DNA from: an uncultured Holophagales bacterium
Lineage (GTDB): Bacteria > Acidobacteriota > Thermoanaerobaculia > Multivoradales > UBA5704
Length of the DNA stretch: 64,000 bases
Assembly (NCBI GenBank): GCA_963842525.1
Contig: CAWJGT010000014.1
Coordinates: 160,001-224,000, forward strand
Reading direction: 5' to 3'
The position numbers and the translations under genes were made by a program. This document shows positions 1 to 10,116 of the stretch, one piece after another. Within the stretch, counting starts at the first letter, position 1, and every line of letters begins with the position of its first letter. The notes beneath the pieces are model-generated. The model saw nothing but the letters and a program-made list of their open reading frames with translations, did no database searches and was not told the origin of the DNA.

Positions 1-286
1 CCTTGCCTGCACACGCCCTGCGTGAGATCATCCTTCCCAAGAGAGATGGTCATGCTCCACGCAAGCCCCAGGAAAAAACCGTGCCAGTCAAAAATGATGC
101 CAACTCAAAAATGGCATTTTGTCAACGGGGTAACGGCGGAAGAGTCAACTGCTGGAAACACAAGGCTTGCAGCCATCAACGGAGCGGAAAAACGACGTCC
201 CGGAGGGCCCGCGCGAGGGCCAAAAAGGGGGGTAACGGCGAAGCACAGGTTAAGTGGCTTGGAATCAAGGGCTTGGAAAGGCGAGG
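1..286 (+). promoter_or_regulatory. CRISPR leader 1 (truncated by window start)
   Basis: Directly precedes the first repeat. Homologous to the leaders at 3238-3682 and 6558-7002 (shared blocks such as CCAGGAAAAAACCGTGCCAGTCAAAAATGATGCCAACTCAAAAATGGCA and GGAATCAAGGGC.TGGAAAGGCGAG). Confidence 0.85.
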
Positions 287-1534
287 GTCCCAATTGACCA
301 GAGCAGTACGGTGGGATTGCGACCAGCTCGACGCCCGAAGGATAGCCGTCATCCCCTAGAACGTCCCAATTGACCAGAGCAGTACGGTGGGATTGCGACT
401 AGACCTACAGATTCGGAGGAGACGCAGTTTGCGCCCGTCCCAATTGACCAGAGCAGTACGGTGGGATTGCGACGCACCAGTTCGCTAAATGAGGCACAAA
501 TGCTTTCTGCCGTCCCAATTGACCAGAGCAGTACGGTGGGATTGCGACCTGGCGGGCCGGCTGGTGGCTCTTGCTCCCCACGGCGTCCCAATTGACCAGA
601 GCAGTACGGTGGGATTGCGACGCGGTCAGACCGCCGGGGGTGCACTCTCCTGACCGTGCGGTCCCAATTGACCAGAGCAGTACGGTGGGATTGCGACTCG
701 CCGTGAGCCGGGGTCGCCAGATTGACGGGGATGGCCGTCCCAATTGACCAGAGCAGTACGGTGGGATTGCGACCTATCGCCCGTGAAACTCGGACATGCC
801 CAGGAGGTTCCGCGTCCCAATTGACCAGAGCAGTACGGTGGGATTGCGACTTCTTGAGAGTGAGCTTGCCGGCGGGCGCTCCCGCTGCCGTCCCAATTGA
901 CCAGAGCAGTACGGTGGGATTGCGACGCAAGTTGCGCAGCATCGCCACTCGTGCCTCGCGCCAAGTCCCAATTGACCAGAGCAGTACGGTGGGATTGCGA
1001 CCTGGTCGGCCACCGGGACGTTGGTCGTGGCGACGGTGGTCGTGTCCCAATTGACCAGAGCAGTACGGTGGGATTGCGACTTCTCGAGCGCCACTCCTAA
1101 GATAGGCTCCATTCCTGTCCCAATTGACCAGAGCAGTACGGTGGGATTGCGACTGAGCGGAGTCGGGCTTGAACGACGTCGACGAGAAACTCAGTCCCAA
1201 TTGACCAGAGCAGTACGGTGGGATTGCGACCCAAAGTCTTGCCGCAAGCAGACGGTGTTCCCTCAATGCGTCCCAATTGACCAGAGCAGTACGGTGGGAT
1301 TGCGACTTCTCGATCGGGGTCTCCTCGCCAGCCTCGAGAGGCAGTGCCGTCCCAATTGACCAGAGCAGTACGGTGGGATTGCGACTTCTACCATGGCTGC
1401 CGCCGGAACTGCGCTCGCCGCGCAGTCCCAATTGACCAGAGCAGTACGGTGGGATTGCGACTTCTCTGGGCCGGACGTCGATGACGGGCTCTGCGTAGTC
1501 CCAATTGACCAGAGCAGTACGGTGGGATTGCGAC
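287..1534 (+). CRISPR. CRISPR array 1: 17 repeats GTCCCAATTGACCAGAGCAGTACGGTGGGATTGCGAC (37 bp), 16 spacers
   Basis: Identical direct repeats with unique spacers of about 36-42 bp. Orientation from leader position and the ATTG-N-GAC 3' end. Confidence 0.98.
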
Positions 1535-1638
1535 GGGGCTTACGCCCCTCGCACGTCCTGTCGCCCCGAAGGGGCTCTCAGGTAAGGGTGGGCTCGCGTT
1601 GACGTAGATGGCGAGATCCCTCTCTGGCGGCACGGCGG

Positions 1639-1751
1639 CCCTGGGAGCGCGGGCGTCCCGCCCGCCCCACGGTCCTTGTACTTACGTTGGGCTGCCGGCA
1701 AGGCACCGGTCGATGAAAGTCCGGGCGGGCGGGACGCCCGCGCTCCCAGGG
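1639..1751. repeat. REP-like inverted pair (CCCTGGGAGCGCGGGCGTCCCGCCCGC ... GCGGGCGGGACGCCCGCGCTCCCAGGG)
   Basis: Long inverted repeat between the array and RT-cas1. Confidence 0.75.
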
Positions 1752-1858
1752 AAGAAACCCCGGCATTGCTTCCCGCAACCTGCTATACTTCTTTCCAGGC
1801 GAGGATTCTTTCTGGATACGACTGCTTCCCGTTGGAAGCGGAACAGGAGAGCCTTGCC

Positions 1859-2968
1859 ATGCTCGACACGATTGCCGAACGCTCCAACCTCCGGCGGGCG
1901 TTCGAACGGGTACGGGAAAACCACGGATGCCGTGGTGCCGACGGCATGACGGTCGGCCGGTTTGCCACAGACCTGGAGGTTGAGATCGACCGCCTCCAGG
2001 ACCGCCTGCTGCGCCGCTGCTACCACCCCTTCCCCCTGCTCCAGATCCCGGTTCCAAAACGCAGCGGCAACGGCACCCGGTATCTGTGCGTCCCGACGGT
2101 GCGTGACCGGGTGGTCCAGACCGCCGTGGACCTGGTCGTCCGCCCAACCTTCGAAGCCGAATTCGAGGACTGCAGCTATGCGTTCCGCAAGGGCCGCTCG
2201 GTGCGCGATGCGGTTCGCAAGGTGGCTGAGCTGCGCGATCAGGGCTACCGCTGGCTGGTCGACGCGGACATCGATGACTGTTTTGGCAGCATTCCCCATA
2301 CCCCTCTTCTCACACGGCTCGCGCGGCTGCCATTTTCGGAGGACGTGCTCGGCCTTTTCGAGCTCTGGGTGCGCACCGAGACGGAAAAAGGCGTTCCGCA
2401 AGGAGGATCGAAGCGTGCTCTACCCTGGATGCCCTGCGGGGTCTGGAAGGCAGCGCGGCCGCCGCCTACTTCCAGGCGCTGGAAGCGATGATCCCCCAAG
2501 GGCTCGGCTTTGAAGGCCGCCAGCGGCGACCGCCCCGCGATCCCGTCAACGCGCTGCTCTCCTTTGGTTATGTCCTGGTGGGCGACGAGCTTCCAGTCGC
2601 TGCTCGACGGCATCGGCTTCGATCCCTTCATCGGTTTCCTCCATCGGCTCGACTATGGCCGCCCGTCCCTGGCGCTCGATCTCCTGGAGGAATTCCGGCC
2701 AGCCCTGGTGGACCGCTTCACCGCAAGGCTTCTCAACAACCAGATCCTCGGCCGGAAGGATTTCTTCACCACCTCCGAAGGTGGCCTCAACCTGGGACGG
2801 GAGGGCAAGCACCGCTACTTCCTGGAGTATGAGAAGGAAATGAGCACGCCACTGGAGATCGAAGGACAGAGCCTCACCTTCCGCCAAATCTTCCGCCGCC
2901 AGGCCGACCGTCTTGCCGCAGCGTTGACAAAAGATGAGCCCTACGAGAGCTTCCGGCTGCCATGCTGA
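1859..2968 (+). pseudogene. cas1: RT-Cas1 fusion, internally deleted and frameshifted
   Basis: Group II intron-like RT N-half (GADG, PKRSG..R.LCVPTVRDRVVQ, SYAFRKGRS, DADIDDCF, GVPQG). At about 2404-2407 it jumps out of frame into the Cas1 C-half (LRGLEGSAAAAYF, RRPPRDPVNALLSFGY). A +1 shift at about 2591 then gives DPFIGFLH, SLALDLLEEFRP. The YxDD motif and Cas1 N-terminus are absent. Confidence 0.9.
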
Positions 2969-3237
2969 TCCTCATCTCCTACGACATCTCGGACGACCGC
3001 CGCCGCACCAAGCTGGCACACACCCTGAAGGACTTCGGGCAGAGGGTCCAGTACTCCGTCTTTGAGTGCCGGCTGAAGGAGGAACAGCTCACCCGTCTCC
3101 AGGCGAGGGTCACGGCCCTGATCGATACCGAGGAAGACAGTGTCCGTATCTACCGTCTCTGCGCCGAGTGCGCCGACCGCCTGGAGATCCTGGGCCTCGG
3201 CCGGCCCACCCAGGATCCGGATGTCTACATGCTCTAG
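2962..3237 (+). CDS. cas2: CRISPR-associated endonuclease Cas2
   Basis: ISYDISDDRRR ... GQRVQYSVFEC ... DSVRIY motifs, 91 aa, overlaps the cas1 stop. Confidence 0.97.
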   Translation: MLILISYDISDDRRRTKLAHTLKDFGQRVQYSVFECRLKEEQLTRLQARVTALIDTEEDSVRIYRLCAECADRLEILGLGRPTQDPDVYML

Positions 3238-3682
3238 GCTCCACCCGTCCAACAATTTCCCAACGAACCGTGTCATAGAGAGTAGAGGAGGGAAGATGGC
3301 ACCGCAGGACCGGCCTGCCGCCACCCTCCTCCGGCCGCGGCAATGGCCTGTCCTCGCCCGCCACCCGCGGCCGCTCTTTGACAAAAAGAACAACGGCGGC
3401 TCAGACCCTTGCACGCTGACGCTGGACATGAGATCATCCTGCCTCAGGCAAACAGGCGGTCACCCAGGAAAAAACCGTGCCAGTCAAAAATGATGCCAAC
3501 TCAAAAATGGCATTCTGTCAACGGGGTAACGGCGGAAGAGCCAAATACTGGAAACACAAGAGTTACGACCATGAACGGAGCTGAAAAACGACATCCCAGA
3601 GGGCCCGCGCGAGGGCCAAAAAGGGGGGTAACGGCGAAGCACAGGTTAAGTGGCCTGGAATCAAGGGCCTGGAAAGGCGAGG
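3238..3682 (+). promoter_or_regulatory. CRISPR leader 2
   Basis: Between cas2 and array 2; nearly identical to 6558-7002. Confidence 0.85.
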
Positions 3683-5880
3683 GTCCCAATTGACCAGAGC
3701 AGTACGGTGGGATTGCGACCATGGCCATTATTACGGGGGCGGGCGTGTCATTACAGCGGTCCCAATTGACCAGAGCAGTACGGTGGGATTGCGACGTCTG
3801 GGTGGTGGTAGTCATCGATCTGTCCTCCTGGTGGTCCCAATTGACCAGAGCAGTACGGTGGGATTGCGACTACCGGCCGCCAGAGAGGCGGGGATCGCCC
3901 CATGGAATTGTCCCAATTGACCAGAGCAGTACGGTGGGATTGCGACCTACAATAATGCGGCCCGCACCTTGGTGCCGACCGGGAAGTCCCAATTGACCAG
4001 AGCAGTACGGTGGGATTGCGACTTCTGATGCCTAGGGACGTCTTGACGGGCGTCATTGGTCAGTCCCAATTGACCAGAGCAGTACGGTGGGATTGCGACG
4101 AGAGTAGTGTCCATCTTATTTATTAAGTAGCATCTCTAGTCCCAATTGACCAGAGCAGTACGGTGGGATTGCGACTATCATCGTCTGGATTTCGACTAAT
4201 GTTGACTCTAAATCCGTCCCAATTGACCAGAGCAGTACGGTGGGATTGCGACTTTCTGCTGTAGAAACCCATCAGCGCGGCCAGGAACGTCAGGTCCCAA
4301 TTGACCAGAGCAGTACGGTGGGATTGCGACCAAACGTGAGTCTTGCTCGCCTGCCCTCCGTTGTCGCTCAAGTCCCAATTGACCAGAGCAGTACGGTGGG
4401 ATTGCGACGAGGACGGGCCGGCCGGGCCGGCCGGCGTCCTGTACCGGATCATCTCCGTCCCAATTGACCAGAGCAGTACGGTGGGATTGCGACCCTTTCT
4501 CTTCGAGCGGAACATCTGCAGCTTGATTTGCGTCCCAATTGACCAGAGCAGTACGGTGGGATTGCGACTAAGAGGACGGAGAGAGGATAGAGCAGTAGCA
4601 CGAGTCCCAATTGACCAGAGCAGTACGGTGGGATTGCGACTTTCTGATGAGACAGAAAACAATCAGAATCGTGTTCCACTTCCGTTCCGTCCCAATTGAC
4701 CAGAGCAGTACGGTGGGATTGCGACGATCCGGACCAGCGAGGGGAGGAACGGGCAGGGCCGGGTCCCAATTGACCAGAGCAGTACGGTGGGATTGCGACT
4801 TCTGGGCAGTAATAGGTGAGCATACAAAGAAAATAAGAGCGTCCCAATTGACCAGAGCAGTACGGTGGGATTGCGACGAACGACAGGTCGTCTGTCCAGA
4901 AGCGAAGAATGCAGCGGTCCCAATTGACCAGAGCAGTACGGTGGGATTGCGACGAGGACAGCAGGGCGATGATGATGCCCGGTGCCAGGTCCCAATTGAC
5001 CAGAGCAGTACGGTGGGATTGCGACTCATTGGTGAGGGTATCGTACCTCTGGCCGTAGACCTGCAGTCCCAATTGACCAGAGCAGTACGGTGGGATTGCG
5101 ACTTTTTTGCGATCGCCTTGAGGGTGCTGATGGTGTCGTCCCAATTGACCAGAGCAGTACGGTGGGATTGCGACTTCTGCGGCGGCCAGGACGACCAGGA
5201 TGATGGCGACGGCGACGTCCCAATTGACCAGAGCAGTACGGTGGGATTGCGACTCCGCTCCATGAGAGTAGATAGCCATGCTAGGAGGCATGGTCCCAAT
5301 TGACCAGAGCAGTACGGTGGGATTGCGACCACGCTCCTTGGAGGCGGCCGAGGCCACCGCCACCGCCCGGCCGAGTCCCAATTGACCAGAGCAGTACGGT
5401 GGGATTGCGACTTCTCTCCCATGAGCCTCCAAGACTTCTCCGTGGGTCGTCGTCCCAATTGACCAGAGCAGTACGGTGGGATTGCGACCTCAATGTCTCG
5501 AACCCGGGAACCCGCGACAACTTGAAGGTCGGGCCGTCCCAATTGACCAGAGCAGTACGGTGGGATTGCGACTTCTGGAACTCCGGGGCGTCGGCGTTGG
5601 TCGTGGTGGTGGTCGTCCCAATTGACCAGAGCAGTACGGTGGGATTGCGACGTCGCCGCGATACTGCTCCTGGTCGGCGGCGGTGCCGCGTTCGTCCCAA
5701 TTGACCAGAGCAGTACGGTGGGATTGCGACCTCCGGCTCTTCGATCCTGGGAATGTTCCAGTACCTGGTCCCAATTGACCAGAGCAGTACGGTGGGATTG
5801 CGACGCAGCCGATCTTGGCGAGCGCAGCCACAAGCGTCATGTCGTCCCAATTGACTAGAGCAGTACGGTGGGATTGCGAC
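3683..5880 (+). CRISPR. CRISPR array 2: 29 repeats, 28 spacers (about 35-48 bp)
   Basis: Same 37-bp repeat. The terminal repeat (5844-5880) carries a C>T change, which supports + orientation. Confidence 0.98.
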
Positions 5881-5909
5881 TTGCGGGTCTCCCCTTCGTC
5901 CAGGTCGGC

Positions 5910-6423
5910 CTGCGGTGACTTGCAGTGGTGCCGCGGGACCGACAGGATTCACCACGGTGCCATAGACGCTCACTGCGGTGGCGCGCAGTGGTCCCGCGGG
6001 ACCGGCAGGAGCCACCACGGTGCCATAGACGCTCACTGCGGTGGCGCGCAGTGGTCCCGCGGGACCGGCAGGAGCCACCACGGGACCATGGACGCTCACT
6101 GCGGTGGCGCGCAGTGGTCCCGCGGGACCGGCAGGAGCCACCACGGGACCATGGACGCTCACTGCGGTGGCGCGCAGTGGTCCCGCGGGACCGGCAGGAG
6201 CCACCACAGGACCATGGACGCTCACTGCGGTGGCGCGCAGTGGTCCCGCGGGACCGGCAGGAGCCACCACAGGACCATGGACGCTCACTGCGGTGGCGCG
6301 CAATGGTCCCGCGGGACCGGCAGGAGCCACCACGGGACCATGGACGCTCACTGCGGTGGCGCGCAGTGGTCCCGCGGGACCGGCAGGAGCCACCACGGGA
6401 CCATGGACGCTCACTGCGGTGAC
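5910..6423. repeat. 63-bp tandem repeat, about 8 copies, built of three related 21-bp subunits
   Basis: Unit CACTGCGGTGGCGCGCAGTGG-TCCCGCGGGACCGGCAGGAGC-CACCACGGGACCATGGACGCT; contains the palindrome GGTCCCGCGGGACC. Confidence 0.95.
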
Positions 6424-6557
6424 CGAGGGTCACGGCCTTGATCGACATCGAGGAGGACAGCGTCCGCATCTACCGTCTCTGCGCCGAGTGCGCCGACCGC
6501 CTGGAGATCCAAGGCCTCGGCCGGCCCACCCAGGATCCGGATGTCTACATGCTCTAG
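6424..6557 (+). pseudogene. cas2: Duplicated 3' fragment of cas2
   Basis: RVTALIDIEEDSVRIYRLCAECADRLEIQGLGRPTQDPDVYML*, a copy of 3104-3237 with a few substitutions; no 5' end. Confidence 0.92.
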
Positions 6558-7002
6558 GCTCCACCCGTCCAACAATTTCCCAACGAACCGTGTCATAGAG
6601 AGTAGAGGAGGGAAGATGGCACCGCAGGACCGGCCTGCCGCCACCCTCCTCCGGCCGCGGCAATGGCCTGTCCTCGCCCGCCACCCGCGGCCGCTCTTTG
6701 ACAAAAAGAACAACGGCGGCTCAGACCCTTGCAGGCTGACGCTGGACATGAGATCATCCTGCCTCAGGCAAACAGGCGGTCACCCAGGAAAAAACCGTGC
6801 CAGTCAAAAATGATGCCAACTCAAAAATGGCATTCTGTCAATGGGGTAACGGCGGAAGAGCCAAATACTGGAAACACAAGAGTTACGACCATGAACGGAG
6901 CTGAAAAACGACGTCCCAGAGGGCCCGCGCGAGGGCCAAAAAGGGGGGTAACGGCGAAGCACAGGTTAAGTGGCCTGGAATCAAGGGCCTGGAAAGGCGA
7001 GA
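6558..7002 (+). promoter_or_regulatory. CRISPR leader 3
   Basis: Near-identical copy of 3238-3682 at offset 3320. Confidence 0.85.
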
Positions 7003-8070
7003 GTCCCAATTGACCAGAGCAGTACGGTGGGATTGCGACATGGCTCAAGTGTGTGCCTCCCCTTTCAGGCTGATCTCGTCCCAATTGACCAGAGCAGTAC
7101 GGTGGGATTGCGACTCCACCATCGCGACCGGCGGCGTCGTCCTCAACATGGTGGTCCCAATTGACCAGAGCAGTACGGTGGGATTGCGACTCGATCTCCA
7201 CCGGCTGTCCCACTGTGGCGGGAGCGGTGCTCGCGTCCCAATTGACCAGAGCAGTACGGTGGGATTGCGACGTGATCAACCCCCAGGCGCCAGCCTCTGG
7301 AATGAGCTGGTCCCAATTGACCAGAGCAGTACGGTGGGATTGCGACGCCCCAGGCCTTCTTGTCCCCCCGGGAGCCGTAGGCTTCGTCCCAATTGACCAG
7401 AGCAGTACGGTGGGATTGCGACTCTGCTCCGGAAGATCGCTTGACTCGGTCTTGCAGGCCGAAGGTCCCAATTGACCAGAGCAGTACGGTGGGATTGCGA
7501 CTCTGTGAAAATCTTGGAGGCGGTTGCCATCTGGGCTTGCTCCTCGCCGTCCCAATTGACCAGAGCAGTACGGTGGGATTGCGACTTCTCAATTGACGTC
7601 GACGCTTTGCCCAGGAGCAAATCCCGGGACGGTCCCAATTGACCAGAGCAGTACGGTGGGATTGCGACTTCTGCGTTGTACATGTTCTGGAGGCTTCTTA
7701 CTGTTTCTGTTCCGAGTCCCAATTGACCAGAGCAGTACGGTGGGATTGCGACTATGATCCCCCTTATCCAGCTTTCCAGCTCTACACCCGGGAGAAAGTC
7801 CCAATTGACCAGAGCAGTACGGTGGGATTGCGACATCGTTCCCGGGTGCGCAGCCGGAAGGCGGGAAAGATCGGCCGTCCCAATTGACCAGAGCAGTACG
7901 GTGGGATTGCGACTTCTCCTGGACGGTGTCTCCGTCGAAAAGACCTTCGCTCGTCCCAATTGACCAGAGCAGTACGGTGGGATTGCGACGATGGTTTTGT
8001 CCGATCACATGGTTCAAACACACTCGGCCATGAGTCCCAATTGACCAGAGCAGTACGGTGGGATTGCGAC
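7003..8070 (+). CRISPR. CRISPR array 3: 14 repeats, 13 spacers
   Basis: Same 37-bp repeat. Confidence 0.98.
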
Positions 8071-8112
8071 GACCTCCTTTCTTCCCCTGAAGGGTCGCGA
8101 GGATTTTGCGCG

Positions 8113-8932
8113 GAGCTGCTGCCGCCCCTCCGGGGCTTGGAAATGTTTTTGGCTCTGTACCCGGGGTCGGCGCTCCTCCGTCGCGCCTGACCCCGGGCTA
8201 CACGCCGCCACCCCCTCCGGGGGTTCTCTTTTTTGCCAATGTAACGACCGTTGATCGAATTCACCAGAGCAGTACAGTGGGATTGCGACTACATTTTGAT
8301 CAGAGTGGTGTCTACGTCGAAGTCGCCGCCCTCCTCCCAATTGACCAGAGTAATTCGGTGGGATTGCGACATGGAGGCGGGACGGACTGGGGCGACGGCG
8401 AGGCGCTTGCTCTACGCACGAACGGGTGGCTGTGGAATGGCCCCGGAGGGGCCGCGGCGTGTAGCCCGGGGTCAGCCGCGACGAAGGAGCGGCGACCCCG
8501 GGTAGGGAGACGAAAACATTCTCAAGCCCCGTAGGGGCGGCAGCCGTTTCCGGACCGCGCCTCAGTCGAGCAGATACCGTTCGTCAAACTCGATCTTGTT
8601 CTTCCGCAGCAGTGCGATCAGCTCGTCCTTGAACGAGAGCCGCGCATGGTGCTCTTCCTGGGTCCGGATGTAACGGCGGATCGCCGGCACCTGAGAGTCC
8701 TGGATGAACGGTGCGCGGTGTTTCGTGCTGAAGATGATGTGGAAGAGGAGATTGGTGAAGGTGTTTGCCATGGGGGCGGATTATCTCAGATGCGAGGGCA
8801 CGCGCAAGAGGTGATTCCGAGCTGCTGCCGCCCCTCCGGGGCTTGGAAATGTTTTTGGCTCTGTACCCGGGGTCGGCGCTCCTCCGTCGCGCCTGACCCC
8901 GGGCTACACGCCGCCACCCCCTCCGGGGGTTC
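8113..8932. repeat. REP elements at 8113-8227, 8440-8544 (inverted) and 8819-8932
   Basis: GCCCCTCCGGGGC and ACCCGGGGTC...GACCCCGGGCTAC hairpin cassettes; copies 1 and 3 are near-identical. Confidence 0.85.
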
Positions 8933-8974
8933 TTTTGATCAATGTTGACCAGGGCAGTACGGTGGGATTGCGAC
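8253..8974 (+). CRISPR. Three degenerate trailer repeats (8253-8289, 8334-8370, 8938-8974) interrupted by REPs and a transposase remnant
   Basis: All keep the 3' GGGATTGCGAC, with mismatches in the rest of the repeat. Confidence 0.85.
8562..8771 (-). pseudogene. tnpA: IS200-like/REP-associated Y1 transposase, internally deleted
   Basis: N-terminus (FHIIFSTKHR) is joined directly to the C-terminus (SQV..IRRYIRTQEEHH). The HUH core is missing relative to the full homolog at 44224-44694. Confidence 0.85.
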
Positions 8975-9026
8975 TTTCTGACAGGAGAGGGAGTAGGCTG
9001 GCGCTGCGGCGCCTTCGTGGGCAGAG

Positions 9027-9392
9027 CTAGGCGCCAGGGCGCCGGATGCGGAGACCTTGGGGCGAGGCTACGGCGAGGAGGCCCGAGAGCGTCCGGAGAT
9101 CGGAGATGGTTCTCAAAACCTGATTGACGAGCTCGACCAAGGGACGGACTCCATCCTCGGAGGGACGTAGAAGCAAAATGCCGCCATGGCTCCCAGGTGG
9201 ATATTTCCTCACGTCGCCGAACCCTTTGTCTGCGGTGACCAGAAATTGCCGATGCTGCTGCACCCTCTCCCAAAGCTTGGGGTCCTTGAAGCCACCCATC
9301 CCTTGCTCCGAGACGGCGCTGCACTCATAGCCGCCCTCACGCAGCAGCACCGACACTGCCCGGGGAAGATCTTCGTCAACTTTGATGTGCAT
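9027..9392 (-). CDS. DUF5615/PIN-like toxin
   Basis: KVDEDLP...D..LW.....FLVTADKGFGD pattern; downstream of a DUF433 gene. Confidence 0.85.
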   Translation of the reverse strand: MHIKVDEDLPRAVSVLLREGGYECSAVSEQGMGGFKDPKLWERVQQHRQFLVTADKGFGDVRKYPPGSHGGILLLRPSEDGVRPLVELVNQVLRTISDLRTLSGLLAVASPQGLRIRRPGA

Positions 9393-9639
9393 CGGCAGCG
9401 GGCGCGGCCAGGGGGGCCACGATGTCCTGGCTCAAGACGGCGGCGGCATAGGCCAGCGCCGCCAACAGGTCTTCCTCCGCGAGTTGAGGGTAGGAGTCCA
9501 GGATCTCTTCGGGCCTCATGCCGTCGGCCAAGCTGCCGATCAGGGTTCTGACGGGGATGCGGGTCCCCTTGATGCAGGGATCTCCATGGTGGAGATCCTC
9601 GGCAACCACGATGCGATCCTGCCACCGGATACGACTCAT
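9376..9639 (-). CDS. DUF433 antitoxin
   Basis: HGDPCIKGTRIPV...EEILDSYPQL..EDL.AALAYA motif. Confidence 0.9.
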   Translation of the reverse strand: MSRIRWQDRIVVAEDLHHGDPCIKGTRIPVRTLIGSLADGMRPEEILDSYPQLAEEDLLAALAYAAAVLSQDIVAPLAAPAADAHQS

Positions 9640-9711
9640 CGAAGCACCTCCTAGAAGAGGCTATCACGGCGCCGCGTTCAGATGGGGCTTGACGGTCCGC
9701 GAGCGAGGGCT

Positions 9712-10107
9712 CTATTCCTGGGGAGACGGCTGGAAGAGATAGAGGGTGATGCCGTTGGGGTCCTGAACGCAGAAGGTGCGATGTCCCCAGCTCTGGGTCT
9801 TCAGCTCCTGGGAAATCTGCAGGCCGTTCTCGACGGACCGCCGGTGTTGCGCCTCGACGTCTTCGACCTCGATGACCATGAATGCGCCTTGGGGAGGCCT
9901 GTGATCCCAGAGGTGGGATGATGCGCCGCTCTCCGGCAGGGCCAGCACTTCGATGATCCCGGAGGCGGCGGCGAACAGGGTCCCGCGGTCGTCGCGATTG
10001 CGATCCCAGAATTCGAGGACGGGAAGCTCCAGGCCTTCGCGATAGAACACGACGGTCGCCTCGTACTTCGGCGTGAAATAGGCGAAACGGAACTCTCCTC
10101 GGCTCAT
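9712..10107 (-). CDS. VOC/glyoxalase family protein
   Basis: FYREGLEL, VEDVEA, WGHRTFCVQDPNG motifs. Confidence 0.9.
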   Translation of the reverse strand: MSRGEFRFAYFTPKYEATVVFYREGLELPVLEFWDRNRDDRGTLFAAASGIIEVLALPESGASSHLWDHRPPQGAFMVIEVEDVEAQHRRSVENGLQISQELKTQSWGHRTFCVQDPNGITLYLFQPSPQE

Positions 10108-10116
10108 AGGACAATC

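Noticed and set aside
1859-2407. RT as a group II intron, retron or the DGR RT for the 43-45 kb VRs
   Set aside because: It is fused to Cas1 next to cas2, lacks YxDD, and has no adjacent intron structure, TR or avd.
5281-6598. Collagen-like PAGPAGP ORFs
   Set aside because: They arise from the 63-bp DNA repeat, which is open in many frames; no RBS, and they run into the CRISPR array.
287-8070. Self-targeting spacers within the window
   Set aside because: None noticed by eye; an exhaustive alignment was not possible.
349-8340. Many ORFs across the CRISPR arrays and leaders
   Set aside because: Translations of repeats (SQSHRTALVNWD and similar); not genes.
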